Source of the DNA: Octopus bimaculoides | Taxonomy: Eukaryota | Assembly (NCBI RefSeq): GCF_001194135.2 | Contig: NC_068987.1 | Span: forward strand, 104,330,673 to 104,394,672 | DNA length: 64,000 nt | Reading direction: 5' to 3' | Shown here: in pieces, positions 12,750-26,755 of the stretch | Numbering within the stretch: position 1 is the first letter of the stretch | How the letters are laid out: every line of letters begins with the position of its first letter | The notes under the pieces: model-generated | Told to the model about the DNA's origin: nothing | The model's database searches: none | What the model saw: only the letters and a program-made list of their open reading frames with translations | Made by a program: the position numbers and the translations under genes

Positions 12750-13285
12750 TAAATTAATAAACTCCTCCTTATCCGGTACTCAAATATCCGGTACTCAAAT
12801 ATCCGGTACTCAAATATCCGGTACTCAAATATCCGGTACTCAAATATCCGGTACTCAAATATCCGGTACTCAAATATCCGGTACTCAAATGACTGTCAAG
12901 CAACTGATAGCCAGAAAAAGGTGTTAATTAGGGTCACGAGAATTTACGCTAATTTGTGTTAATTAATCAATTATCCTTAAAAAAGAAAGTTTCTACTGTA
13001 TCTAAAATGGATCGTTGCTGCTCAGCGTTCTGTACGATTTTAATCTACTACATTTGCCGTTCCTGTAGGTTAATAAATCTTCTTAAATTCTATTTATTTA
13101 TTTCTATTCCTCTCATTCCTGCTTTATTCAGAATATTAACGACAATACTGATGAATATATAGAGTTTTAATGAATTATGTAGAGTGCTATGGTAATTTAA
13201 AAGGTGATGGTCAGATATCCAGAAAATTCAGTTATCCGGCAATTCTTCGGTTCCAGTGGTACTGGATAGAAGGGAATGCACTGTA
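12750..13285. mobile_element. Tigger-like MITE carrying an expanded subterminal repeat
   Basis: Left end CTCCTCCTTATCCGG and right end CTGGATAGAAGGGAATGCACTG-TA are degenerate inverted repeats; internal TATCCGG motifs are present. Confidence 0.5.
12771..12890. repeat. Perfect minisatellite (ATCCGGTACTCAAAT)x8
   Basis: Eight identical 15-bp units counted directly. Confidence 0.97.
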
Positions 13286-14085
13286 TTTTAGAAATGTTGC
13301 AATACAGTACACAGCAGATATTTTCTTTAATTCGTAAATACTGTCTTGCATCATGGGATCACAATAATTTTACTGTTAGGATTTTGGAATTAGTGTTTAG
13401 GATGATTCCTGGTTTGGAGTTCTTTGTTTTAAGCATCAAGTTCTATTCCAAACACCGACATATACGGTAACTGGAAAAGACAGATTTTATTGTAAATATT
13501 ACTTGTGATATACCAACACCATCTTCAGAAAGAGATTTGTCTCTTCTTGTGATGTTACAAAAACCGAGTAAAGACCAAGCTTTATAAAAATTATCAAATA
13601 GGTGAAATGTTTTGTTCTGGCTAAAGGCTTAAATTCATACGTGGAAAATGCATATACATTACATCATATCCCTCTGACAAGCTAACCTTGAAAAAGCTCG
13701 GTTCTCAAAAAGATAAGCAAAGTTCAGTTCATCAGCACTGACATATAAAAACTTCGCAAGTTTAGCAATTGACCTATATTGGATATATTGGTCTAAATTT
13801 TGACTGGTGTGTTTCATAGGCAGCAACAAATGCATATGTTGTTACAAGTTATGCAACAAAATTATGCAGGTTCCCTTCACATTTGGAATATACAAATAAG
13901 TTGTTGTCTAAATTCCATTGATTCAACACGGTCTCAACTCGAGTCTTAGAATTATTTTTCTTTGTTTCATTTGGCATAAAGAATTTTCTCTATGATGTCA
14001 TGTATTATGATAACCCCAATACGTTTGTCGTGCCTGGCAAGTGATTTGGTAGACAAAAACCGAGTGGAAACCCGTCGTGTATGTT

Positions 14086-14129
<44 letters not shown>

Positions 14130-14472
14130 AGGATAAGCATATTAAAAGGGGTCCGTGGGAAGACTAGTTTAGATAAAAGGCGTCGTTGGTAGTGAAAAGT
14201 TTGGGAACCACTGTGTTACACTATTCTTTAATTATACTTTGTAATGGAAGCTGTAAACAAAAGAGTTTGGTTACGGATTTCCAACAGGTTAGTGTCTGGA
14301 TTTCTCGTGGCGAGAGTGACAACAGAATGTCTATAAGTCGAGATATATATGTAAATGTATGTGTGTGTCTCTTTCCTTTCTCGAGCGTCTAATAACACTA
14401 TCCGTATCACGTCCTCACTTTGTTGTTTTTTTGTTATTGTTTTTGTCTTTTTTTAAACTGTATATATATATG

Positions 14473-14536
<64 letters not shown>

Positions 14537-14655
14537 TATAGTTACATATATGCACACTTGCACGTATCTCTATATGTGGGTGTATACATACCTACTTAAA
14601 TAAATACATACATATATTTATAATAAAGTAAGAGAACGACATTTTATATATATAT

Positions 14656-14695
<40 letters not shown>

Positions 14696-14973
14696 TATTT
14701 TATTCATAATTGCAGTGTGGAAGGTGTTTCTAAGCTATTTAAAAACACACAAAAACCGTTAGATTCACCTTAACATTCAGATTTAATTTCCCAAAATATT
14801 TTTGTCGCTTTGAGACCGCGACCTGTTCACTGACAAAATTCTGTACTGCATCTGAGAAGGTAGAAGTTGGTTCATGATATGTATGTATGTATGTATGTAT
14901 GTGTGCATGTAAGTATGTGCGTATGCATATGTGTACATGGCTATGCATGCGTGCATGCTTATACGCATGAGTC

Positions 14974-15990
14974 ACTACGGAATTCCAGTGGATTAGCCAT
15001 AGGTTTACGACAGACTACCCCCCAAAGCACCCCAGAAATAGATTACCTGTCCTAGATACTGAGCTGTGGATAGAAAATACTATGATTAACGGAACTGTTA
15101 AACCCTGTTTACTCCACTCACACTATCGTAAACCTATGGCTGCTCCACTGGTAATCCGTAGTGACTCAGTGATGTCAAGTACTACCAAAATCAACATCCT
15201 CGTGGCAGACTTAGAGTAATGAGGAACGTGTCCCCACTATGCCAACCACAAGAACGACAGCGACGCATCCAGCACTACATATTCCGAATGCAACGTTCCG
15301 GATACACATAGTACGATAGAATTAGAGTATACAAAGGAGCGGAAACAAGATTCGAACACATTCTAAGAGATGACGAAAAAGCATATGCCCCCTACACCGC
15401 AACAAGTTCTGGAATAGGTTGGAGAAGGACACCAACAAAAGAAATAATACTAGTACTTGATATGATAACAAGAAGTTTCACAGTGTAATGTTAGGAACGA
15501 ATTGGGTAGGGCATTTAAATTGCATAAAAGACAGGTAGGACTATCAAATCTGTATTAAGTAAATCATACCCATTTGATAGAATCACGTGTCAGATTAATT
15601 GTGCAGTATGTTCTACAAACCCACCTATGAACTGCAAAAAGAAAAGCACTGTATACCAGATTAAGTGCCAAGAAGGGACTTGCGCGATTATCCCAGAGTC
15701 ATATATTGGAGAGACTTCTAGGAGCATCAATGATAGGTTCAAAGAACATCTGGATAACTACATTGAAAAAAACAAACAAACCAAACTCCATCTTCTATCA
15801 GCATGCTGTAGACTGTCACAATGGCTCCTTAGGGAGACTTAGGTTAGACATCTTATCTATACATCCCACTGATGCAATGATGAGACAAGTCACTGAAGCT
15901 GTCTGTGTGCAGGAATACAAATCCACCCTCAACCGTAAATCCGAATGGAGTAACACCCAAATTCCACTCGAATCAACTTTTCTCAAAGTT
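14974..15990 (+). mobile_element. Penelope-like retroelement relic 1 (RT C-terminus plus GIY-YIG endonuclease, frameshifted)
   Basis: LPVLDTE..HSHYRKPM (RT thumb region), VYQIKC...YIGETSRSINDRFKEH (GIY-YIG) and a C-terminal LNRKSEW. Confidence 0.88.
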
Positions 15991-16618
15991 TTCCTGTAGT
16001 GGGCTAGGTGGAGGGTTTTTTCCTGCTTTTGAATATGTTATAATCATTTTTATCATATGTTTCCAGGTCTATCTTAGCTTCATGATGGTAAGCCACCCAC
16101 CTTATCCTTCTAACAAACTCATTAGTCCTATGGATTTATAGCCAGATGCATATATCCTTACTATGAATGGGGATATCTGACATTTATTAATTTGTCACCA
16201 CCAACAACAATTTAACTGTCAATTCCCAATGGTTTTAAAGGGATCTAAGGGGATGTAGATTACTTGCTGCATTGGGTCTTTTGAATGTGATAAGGATAAA
16301 GATGAATCTTTCTTGACCCCCTTTATTTTCTTTCGCTGCTCTAAATTATAGTAGGCTGTAGGGACCCCCCCCCCAAATCCATTCTGCTACAATAATAGCA
16401 AAAAGAAGCAATGTAATTTTTTCAATCTCTAGTTCTGATGAAAAATTTGCCAAAAGATTATAACGGAGTATCCTGTATACTGGAAATCTATATCGTTGTA
16501 TGCTTCCGAGGAGAGCGGTTTATTTCAAATTGATGTAATGTTTGCATTGATCGATTAACCGGAGTCGCTTGAAACGGCCGTAATGCACTGATACCTGGAT
16601 ATCCTTGTTACTTATTTG

Positions 16619-16661
<43 letters not shown>

Positions 16662-19496
16662 TATTCCTTTGTTGAGCGTTTTGTAATGAGGATTGAAATC
16701 CATTCGATAGACTGGACGCACGCACATGCACTTATACATACACACACACATACGCATTCACACACACATCACACCACACTTTTACATATATGAACGCAGA
16801 CGTTTGAAATAAACTAGACTCCAGCTAAAGAGCCTTGCCACTGTTCTTCATAATTTTTTTTACTTACTCTTATTCTCTTGCAAATGATCAAGCAAATTTT
16901 ATGCAAATCCCTCTCTCTTTCTTTTGCACACACACACACACACACACACTCTCTCTCTCAATTGTTTCACTAAGCTCAGAACATGAAACGAAGGATCTAC
17001 TGTAGTCAACAGGATATATTATTTTACATCAAGTATGTGGACGACGCTGTTATTTTAAGTCATTCCGGAAACATTACCAGCTGGCATACTTAAGCAACTT
17101 TTCAGAACAAAGTGACAGTTAAATAGACAGCTCGCTCCTATTTTCTATTTATGGTAACACGCATTGAGATAATGCGTGCAGGCATACATACTTTCTTACT
17201 GCTGTCTGTCTTTGGACTGAAGCTATGCAGGGTCACTGCTAATCGACATCACTCGTCTGTCTGGTGCTTATTTTATCTGTCTCTATCGAAAAGTCCACAG
17301 TGGTGCAAAGGGATGTAATTCAATAACTGAATACAGCAATATAATTTTGTTTGATGCACCAATCAATACAGCAGCGGACTTTCGGAATTGTCCCACATAA
17401 GTTGGAATTTCCCTGTTTTTGTCGAGGGTTTTCGAAATTTCTTATTACATCCCTCATTTCAGAACGTGGTTGGGTGGGATCTCTCTTTTACTTGTTTCAG
17501 TCATTTGACTGCGGCCATGCTGGAGCACCGCTTTTTGAAAGGAAGATTCGATCTCGGCCGAATTTGAACTCAGAACGTAAAGACGGACGAAATGCCGTTC
17601 ATCTTTTTTCCCGGCGTATTAACGATTCGGCCAGCTCGCTGCCTTAAGGAGAGTACAGCAGGGTTCGCCACCATCCCCTGCTGGAGCCTCGTGGAACTTC
17701 AGGTGTTTTCGCTCAATAAACACTCACAACGCCCGGTCTGAGAATCGAAACCGCGATCCTACGACCGCGAATCCACTGCCCTAACCACTGGGCCATTACC
17801 CACTAAATCTCTTTTCGTTCGTTCGTTTCGTCATGTTACAATATTCCACATTTTGAATCACATGCAAACCGCATTTTTAGAGACAAAATTTCGTAAACCC
17901 ATTTTCCCTTTCATCTTATTCTTCACAATTATAATGAGCAACTTGGGAAACTGTCATTTCTATTGACTCGTGTATACTGAAACTATCAGGTGAACTTTAC
18001 CTATAAATCAAATGGTATGGCCTTGAGACACCCTGTGACACGCTGACTCTACCAGAATATTATGCCAATTATGCACGTGTCTGTAGATTACTAAACCCCC
18101 ATCACGTTATTTCACGAAGCAGTAATTCAGTTGATCGAACAACCGTTTCTTTATCGCCGAACATTGCGATGTGTGTGTGTGTGTGTGTGAAAAACTTGAT
18201 ATCAAATCTGCATCTGTCATCCAACCATGGAATTTTCCCTAGATGTAAAATATTTAAGCAATGTTTTATCCAAAGAACTAGGATGGGAGCAAGATTTGGA
18301 AAGGGCACCGCTTAGTTTGTTTATTGAGTTCCAATGGTCGTGCTATCGAACCTCGTTATTGTTGTTTAGCTAGATTAGGTCGAAGAAAATATAAGGTAAA
18401 CCTATAGAATTACACCTGAATAGTGTATACGAGTGATGAAAGAAGGAGAAAGATCGAAAGGCAAGAGAAATTTACCATAATAGCCGGAAACTTTAGGTAA
18501 AATAGTCGGTAAAATAGTCCGGCACTAGTGAATTCTTTGGATACGGTTCATGATTAGATATCTTATATCACCAAAGTTACCGACAGGGGAAAATGACATG
18601 GCTGACTAACAGAATTAACATCAAACGCCACATTTTAATTCCTCTTGGAATATTCTTGTTTGTTTATCTTCCTTTTTATGAATACTACATGTGTCACAAT
18701 GTCAGTTTATTTTCTTTAACTGCATAACAACTTATATAATAGTTCAATGTTTTTTATGAGGTTGTTTTTTACTATTTCTTTCATTATTCCATATGACTTG
18801 ATATGTTTGTTCACTATGGGTTTGATACGACACTCTATGTCATCAAATCACCTATGTAACTTCACAGCTAATAAATAACATAAATGTTCTGCTTTATGTA
18901 TTGCTTTCTGATTCACTCGTTCGCAAAGCCAGAGACGCTGATATACATGCGAGTGTAATACATGCGAGTGTTACACTGCTTTGTGTTATTGAAATCTATT
19001 TTAGTAATGTTATATTTGTGCTTGAGTGGAAAATAAACAAATCTTTATCATTATTTGTTAAATGTTATCCAAATATCAAAAAAAGTTACTGCTTCAATTG
19101 TGTTTTCATAATGGGGTGTAAATGATAAACGTACACTATCTTATCTAATACATTTTATTTGTCATGCAATGACTGCGGTTTCAGAGACGTTCAGTGCCCT
19201 TCTTTCAATTCACTTCTCCTTATTATCTTCGGTTCATTTCTTGTTTTGAAACATCTTCCTACTTATTGGTTGTAAATTGAAGAAAGTAGGACAAAGTGAT
19301 TTATTAATCAGATTTATTCACTAACCAAGTTTATCTTTTCCCCCTTTGTTAGTTTCCCCATATCTGTTAGAAGGAGGTTAGTTCCTCTTATATATGGGGA
19401 CCGTCTGAATTAGTCAGCTAAAATCATTCTATATTCATGTTACTATGAAATAGATCCGAGATTATTACTATAACTATATTGTTTTCTTTCTTTCAG

Positions 19497-19558
19497 CTCC
19501 TTGTGGACCAGTTCACAATACTTGAAACCATGACTCCGCTAGATTTTATCGATTTTCG
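19497..19558 (+). CDS. TDO2: TDO exon: LLVDQFTILETMTPLDFIDF(R)
   Basis: tttcag| and |gtaaga, 62 nt, phase 0-2. Contains the hallmark ILETMTPLDF motif; the split codon gives the substrate-binding Arg (human R144 equivalent). Confidence 0.97.
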
Positions 19559-20269
19559 GTAAGAAACGTTTTAAAATCTACTTTCCTGTAGTAGCCGATT
19601 ACATATGTGTTTATGTAGTCACGAAGAAAAAAATAAACAAAAAGCATTTACTCGTTTGTTAAAGTTATTGTTCTGTGATGGTGAGGTTAATGTTTATATT
19701 CATGAACTGCAGATCAAGTTTTCTAAAGATATAGTCGATAATAACATTGTATTGCTTAATTTAATTAATTTACTTTCTGTAAAAAAAAAACCCTCCATCT
19801 GTGATCAATATAGAAATATATACAAAAAGTATCACACACGTAATTTAGATCCAGAAATCTCACAAGGCACTTTAGGTTTAACACATTCAAGTTCATGTAA
19901 GTCTGTCTTCTAAATATTAAATAGAAGCACATTAAAGAAGGTCTATTTGAAAAGTAGAGCTCGTAAATGCTAAGCTCAGTCCTTAATTTCAATATGAAAC
20001 GAATTTGTTAGTGTTTATTTGGCATAATATCACAAAAAATAGAAAATAAACTTTGTGGCTATCGTCCAAATGTAAATAGAATATTTTAGGTTTGTAGGAA
20101 TATGTTGGCATCGATATAAAGTTTTTGAGAGAGTTGATCTTTAGTTATAATTTTTACCTTGAGGCAGCTGTCTTTCTTTTAGTTTCCATGTACAAGATAA
20201 CCTTGCTTCTTCTGTCCAGTGATTTCTATTTATCGATGCCGTAAAAAATATTTAATATTCTGAGAGAAC

Positions 20270-20446
20270 ATGAAATAATTCTCTCTTGGAATGGTGGATC
20301 TCGAAGCAAATAAAGCTATAGATAACAGCCTGTAAATATTGGGCCAAAAAGCCTCTCCAAAGGCTTTCTTAATCCAATATTTATACGCTGTTATTTATAA
20401 CTTCATTTGCTTTGAGATCCACCATTCCGAAAAAGAATGATCTCAT
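20270..20446. repeat. About 177-nt near-continuous inverted repeat (fold-back hairpin)
   Basis: Arms pair from ATGAAATAATTCTCTC..GGAATGGTGGATCTC to the central AAAAAGCCT-CTCCAA-AGGCTTTCTT. Confidence 0.9.
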
Positions 20447-21039
20447 CTACTGTTTAATTGTCTTAATGAATTGCTTCTTGTTTACCACTTTGTCTAAATA
20501 CACGATATATTAAGGATGTCTCTTGCTATCCTTAATATATTCTGTAGTTAGAGCGCAGATAGTATTTCAGTCATTTCTATGGAAACTAAGTGGATTGATC
20601 TTGATAGTCATTTTGAACTACTTACCTTTTTTAATTCAGTTTCTGACCACACATGATCATACTTAAGATTAATCCTTCATATTCTTGGTGCTTTCCTCGC
20701 CACTATTGTCTTTCCTGACAATTTCCCAACTTAACTTTTCTTTCCTATAAAAAAAAAAAATACTTAATTGTTGTTGTTTTGCTTATTTCAGTCCTGATTG
20801 AGCAAATTTATTCTCAAAACCATTTCAACCGTGACCATCTTGTCTTTGTGTTGTATTTCAGCGACTATATTGTCCAATGTATCCGTCATTACATAAGATA
20901 ATAGGATATGATTTAGGTATATTTGGCTGATATTCCAAGCCTGTCGAGCGACCACTTAGAAGCCCCCATGTTAATTTGAAGGTACATTATTGTTGTTTAA
21001 CTCCAGATCAACACTGTTAAAGCAAACCTATAATTCAAA

Positions 21040-21650
21040 GCATTCTAACCATAACCATCGCACTTTTTTTGTTTATCTAGAACAGTTGGGCAATGTGTTC
21101 TGCCTTTTTACACATGACTACCGAAACCTATCAAAGCATTACTCAATGTTTGGATTACCATCGTACATTTATTTTGATCGTGTTACATCTTCCATTTCAA
21201 AGGATTTAAAATACTTCTTGCGCCAGCAAGGTTATAGCTACCAGGAGAATTACTTAGAATCTATCAGGGAATGGCCAAGCAAAACGATATAAAGGAATGT
21301 TTTTTGGGACAACATCTCTGGCCCTAAAATCGTGACAATTGAAACCCTCAGAATAGGAGCTAGTTCTTCCTGATGCCCTTCATTTGATTCGTTCTCTACT
21401 CTCGACTTCAACAAATTCCACTCCACATCAACGCCTTTTTAACTGTCAGTGTGACTCTTCAAGTGTGTGGTCCGTCACCTCATGGCTCTTTTCTTTGTGT
21501 AACAAAGTGCTTCTGAAGTGTCGCACCCACCAAAGTAATAACGATCATTTATCAGAAGTGGAACTCTTGAGTGTCAATTAGCACTTTGTCGATGACAGGT
21601 TCTTCGATGGTTGGAAGTCTACTAATCAAACTCCCAGGTCGTCGACTTCC
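21040..21650 (+). mobile_element. Gypsy-type LTR retrotransposon integrase relic
   Basis: Fragmented translation MFGLPSYIYFDR..S.S..LK.FL.QQG...IRSLLSTSTNSTPHQRLFN...VLLK....SEVELLS.N matches the catalytic core and C-terminus of Gypsy integrases, with stops and frameshifts. Confidence 0.72.
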
Positions 21651-24516
21651 TTAACCTTCGATCCATGTGCAATTTAAAGACCACTCATCAAGGCAGGTGT
21701 AATTTTTATAGAGAGTCGAAATCACCCAACAAGCCTAGTTTCATTAAAACAGTATCGAGACATTAAATATCGCACTCAAAGACGCTATACTAAGTGACTT
21801 ATGTCACAATACAAATGCTATGAATCACCATATTTGCAGAACTTCCGTGGATATCTATAAACAGCTTTTCAAATCTAAAACTTAATATTGGTTTCAGATT
21901 TTGGCAGAAGACCAGCTATTTTCGAGGGAGTGGGTAAATCGATTACATCGACCCCAGTGCTCAACTGGAGCTTATTTTATCCACCCCGAAAGGATGAAAG
22001 GCAAAGTCAACTTCAGTAGAATTTGAATTCAAAACTCAAAGACGGACGAAATGCCGCTAAGCATTTTGACCGGTGTGTTAACGATTCTGCCAGCTCACCG
22101 CCTTAAATCTAAACTTAAAATTAACCTAGTTTATACTAGCAGCCGCCATTCTAACATGTATAGGTCTATGTACCACCGACATCTCATTAGGTTAAATTAA
22201 GCAAACACTTCTACTGCAGTAATGATTTCTGAATTAGCCTAACGTTTTATAGATTCTCGAATATATACTTTCCTTTTGTCCCCTTCACCACTCCCAACGA
22301 TTCTTCTAATGCTATTTTAATATTCTACATATTATGAAACAAAAATATATTAAACAACATCGTGTTAACTAAATATAACCCTGAACATATCACACACTCA
22401 TCACACCTAATGACATACTCCAGCTAAAAATATTTACCCTTTCTATCGAGATGTATTTCAAATTAACTGCTTTATAACTTCTCTGCGTGTGTGAGTGTGT
22501 GTATGTGTATGTGTATTTCTGCAGACCTAGCGTTTTGGCTGAGAGGTTCGCTTCACGACCAAGTAGTTTCGACTTTAGTGTTACCGCGCGTCACTTTGGG
22601 CGAGTGTCCTCTACTATAGCTCCAGCTCGACCAATTGCCTTGTGAGTTCATTTAATCGACGGAATTTTCCAGAAGTCCGTCGCACGTGCGCGCATGTTTG
22701 TGAGTGACTGTATTTGTTAGTATGTGTGTGCGCGCGTGTGTGTGTGTTTGTAATTGTGGAGGCGCATGATTTAGTGGTTAAGCTATTGAACTCACGATCG
22801 TAAGCTTGTTGTTTCGATTCCTGGAGCGAGCGATGCTTCCCGTCCTCTCAGTTGGCAATAATGAGTGATCCCGCAATGGACCAGCGTCTAGGCGGGGTAA
22901 CATATACACCACAGATTTCTTTTTTGATATATATGATCGTGGTTGTTGGCACCTCGCATCTAGTTATTCGAAATTTCAAGTTCTCGATCATCAGACTGGA
23001 CACGAAGTGCGACATTGCTGATCTTTGTGTGCAGAATATATAGATAAACATCTGAGAAGGAAGAGTAGATAGCTGGCAAAAAAAAAAAAAGAAAGACAAG
23101 AAAAAAATCCTTTCTAGTAGTCGTTAGGGAGTGGGTCAAATGAGTAGTTGTTGCATGCTTATGTGCCGGTCGACCTTTAGAATTATATTAAATGCCAATG
23201 AAAAGTATTCATATTCACCCTCATCATATGCATTTAGTTATAATTCTAAATAGTAAGTATTGAAGAGGGTCCGTTTGTTTGCGTCAGATACACTGAGAAG
23301 TTTATCTATGAGTGGGGTGAGTTAGATAAATTAAGCGATAAATAATGTATCAGAATTAAATCACTTAATTATGTGGCCGTACCCATGAGGTTAAGTAGTT
23401 GTAAATATGCATATACACGTGCATACATGTAAGAATATGCACGTTCAAATGAGATTTTAATATGCAAAAGAGATTGAAAGTTGGATGAAGGTTGTTCAGC
23501 TGTTTATATGGGTTAATGCACTTTTCTTACCGATATTTCTAGAAATGTTAAATGTTGTGAGTGGCATGTGTTCATCTTAGAGTTTTTACGCTGTCACTAT
23601 TACATAAATTGTCAAGAAAGCCGCCAACAAACTGTGAAGTAGTCCCTCAGGAGACTCTCTTTCCATTGTCATCGCACTTCAAAAACATTGAAATAATGTA
23701 TTTATGATTTTACGTTTATGAATTTGTGTGGCAAGATTCCTATTTCTTATTTCTTTCCTACTAGGATCAATTTAAATATTGGAAACCCTCTTCTAGTTCT
23801 TCTGATTCACGCTATGTTGAGCATAATATATCTGTATATAGTGTACGTTGAAACAGGCGAAGTGTTCCAAAGGTCGAAAGTATCCAGGTTAATGATTGGG
23901 AGCGTGAAATTCGAATAAGCAGATGTGAGATACCAGCTATAGTCATAACTATATGCCGGTGTTTGTTTCTCACCTTTTGACAGCAGTTGTTCATTTATTA
24001 CGTTTAGTACCACATTTCAATCAAATATAGGGGTCGATCTGATTAGCTAAACCCTTCAATGCAATGTCCCAACATAAACGCAGCTAAACGAGTGGAACAA
24101 GTACGAGAATAAAAGAAATGTGTTTGAGTGTGTACAGCTCTCTTTTATAAATTTCGGCGAATAACTTTTCTCTTTTTTTCTTACAGCCGAATTTAGAGGG
24201 CATCGTCTGCTAACCTCTAACAAACTTTTTACAATGTATGAATATTGCATGTTATTAGGCCTGATTTTCTATCCAACATTTTTGTTTTATTTTAAATTGT
24301 GTGTATTAGACTCAATCCTTTTATCCGAACAGTTTATAACTTTTAATTCCCGCAATCTGCTTACTTTACGAAATTTAAACACGTCGCGCTTGCTTGCAGA
24401 CAGACAGACACAGACAGACACAGACACAAAACACTTATCTATACATAGTCTACTTGCCTTTGATATCAGTGCATTTGCGAGTGCATTCATTTGCAGTTAT
24501 ATATATATATATATAG

Positions 24517-24823
24517 AAAGAAGAAGAGAATGGAGATTTTGAAGTTAAAAACAGTTTATTGTCAGCAACAGATCGATCATTATCTCTTACAACCGTTTCA
24601 GTTATACTCAGTGAGATTAAATAAATATTAAATTCACATTTCTGGGCATAGTCTCTTCAGGGGTTAAAAATATACATATACCCGTAGATGTTTTGTATGT
24701 TTGTTTGTAGATTCATCACACCAATCTGCTGAGTATAACTGAAACGGCTGTAAGAGATAATGATCGATTTGTCGCTGATAATAAACTGTTATTAACTTCA
24801 AAATCTCCATTTCCTTCTTCCTT
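24517..24823. repeat. Inverted repeat, about 95-bp arms (24517-24611 and 24729-24823), 117-bp spacer
   Basis: CTGAGTATAACTGAAACGG.TGTAAGAGATAATGATCGAT.TGT.GCTGA.AATAAACTGTT.TTAACTTCAAAATCTCCATT is present on both strands with few mismatches. Confidence 0.92.
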
Positions 24824-26550
24824 TACATGAATATAAACTACAGTTTATATACAGCATATTATTTTAAGAAAATCAATTCCCCACAAAATATTAAGTATTG
24901 AACCAGTATTTCCTTGGATGACACCATCCCTTCAAGGTTGCTTGTCCGTAACTCAACATTATTCTTTTACTCTGAATGAGAGCGGCTATGACCAATTACT
25001 CTACACCAATTATTCATATGCATAATTGCTATTAAAAGTGATTTCTTAAAATTTTGCGCCTTCGTTTTTACGCAGATTTCTATTATCTCACTATTCCTGA
25101 AGTTATCTAAATATTCCCGCCGCCCCTTATGCTCACCTCCCATTTAAAATAGATTACTTTATTCTTTTACTAGTTTTTTTTTTAATTATCAATGCTTTAT
25201 TCTGTCCGATTTATAATCTATGACACCTTCAGATTACTTAATAGCTGCCTAATTATATATACAAACAGATAAAGACGCACAGTCTCTCTGGCCTCTGACG
25301 ACAATGTACTTTCATGAGTAGGCGCAGTATGGCCGAATGGTTAAGTTCACTTCGCAAGCATGAAGTCCAGGGTTGGATCCCATTGTATGTCATCTTGAGT
25401 AAATGTCATTTTTCTATACTCTCAGGCTTACCCATACCTTGTGAGTGAAATTGTGTCGGCGGAAACTGCACAGAAGCCCGTCGAATGGATAGTACTTATA
25501 TTTCACAATGGTACAGTCTTGTAACGCTCTGCGTTACACTGATTCTACCTGAAAAATCACATTAAATCACAAACACGTGTATGTGGGGTGTTCAGCTTCT
25601 TGCACGTTAATTCAGGAGATGGTAATTCATTTGATCGAACAGCTGAATCCTCGTTATCGAACGACGGAAATCCTTCACCACATTTGTGTGAATTCATTTG
25701 CGTTTATTTATTTCTAACCATTCGTGATTGCTTGTTTCTCTTCGTGCTTCGCCTGGTCGTTTAGTATTTGTTGTCTGTTAGTTTAATTTTTACTCCGATT
25801 TTTGTCTTTCAGAGTTTTCTAATATTCAAATACTTCTAAAATACTTCTCCCCAAACCTCGTACTCACTACCCAATCATCCGACAATCAACAACAAAAGTG
25901 ACTACTAGAAGTTGTTGACTAACTAATGATATTTTGACTCTAACCCACTCTACGGCCATTCTGCAGCTCAGTGATGTGTCTATGCGATAGTACAGCAATC
26001 TGCAATCAAGACAAGAATCTTGTTTTAAATATAAAATAAATTACATCCATTCTTCCCCTAATTTTGTAGGGGTCGTGACCCCCAATCTATAGATGCTTAA
26101 TTTATGTTTTATTTTTTGTCTAGCAATTTTTAAACCATTTTCCTGACATTTGCACAAATACACTTCCACACCTTATATTATGTCAAACATCTATATCTAT
26201 AAGGCGGTGAGGTGGCAGAATCGTTAGCACTTCAGGCAAAATGCTTAGCGGGATTTCGTCCGTCTTTACATTGTGAGTTCAAATTCTACCGATGTTAGCT
26301 TTGCCTTTCGTCTCTTCGGGGTCGACAAAATAAATCCCATTTAAGTACTAGAGTTGCTGTAATCGACCTATCCACTCCCCGAAATTGATAGCCTTACACC
26401 AGAATTTGAGATATCGACATATATATATAATATACACACACATAAACAATGACAATGTTATTCAATTTAATCTTTGACATAGTAATCAAGTCGTGGTATA
26501 AAATTCAAGCGCTGTTGAATATTTTACTGCTCTAATATTTGTATCTTATG

Positions 26551-26755
26551 AAGGCGGCGAGCTGGCAGAAGCGTTAGCACGTCGGGCGAAATGCTTCGCG
26601 CTATTTCGTCTACCGCTACGTTCTGAGTTCAAATTCCGCCCAAGTCGACTTTGCCTTTCATTCTTTCGGGATCGATAAAATAAGTATCTGTTGCAGACTG
26701 GGGTTGATCTAATCGACTGGCCCCATCCCCCAAAATTCCGGGCCTTGTTCCTTGA
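26551..26755 (+). mobile_element. tRNA-like SINE family B
   Basis: GGCGGCGAGCTGGCAGAA.CGTTAGCAC...GAGTTCAAATTCC (B box)...GTCGACTTTGCCTTTCAT. Other copies: + at 9452-9650, 26201-26410, 44826-45035, 55058-55211; - at 17547-17646, 21905-22105, 46697-46890, 46891-47110, 61436-61640. Confidence 0.9.

Noticed and set aside
12742-12927. ORF with (SGTQI)n repeats
   Set aside because: It is just the 15-bp minisatellite inside a MITE read in frame; it is also not a CRISPR array, as there are no spacers.
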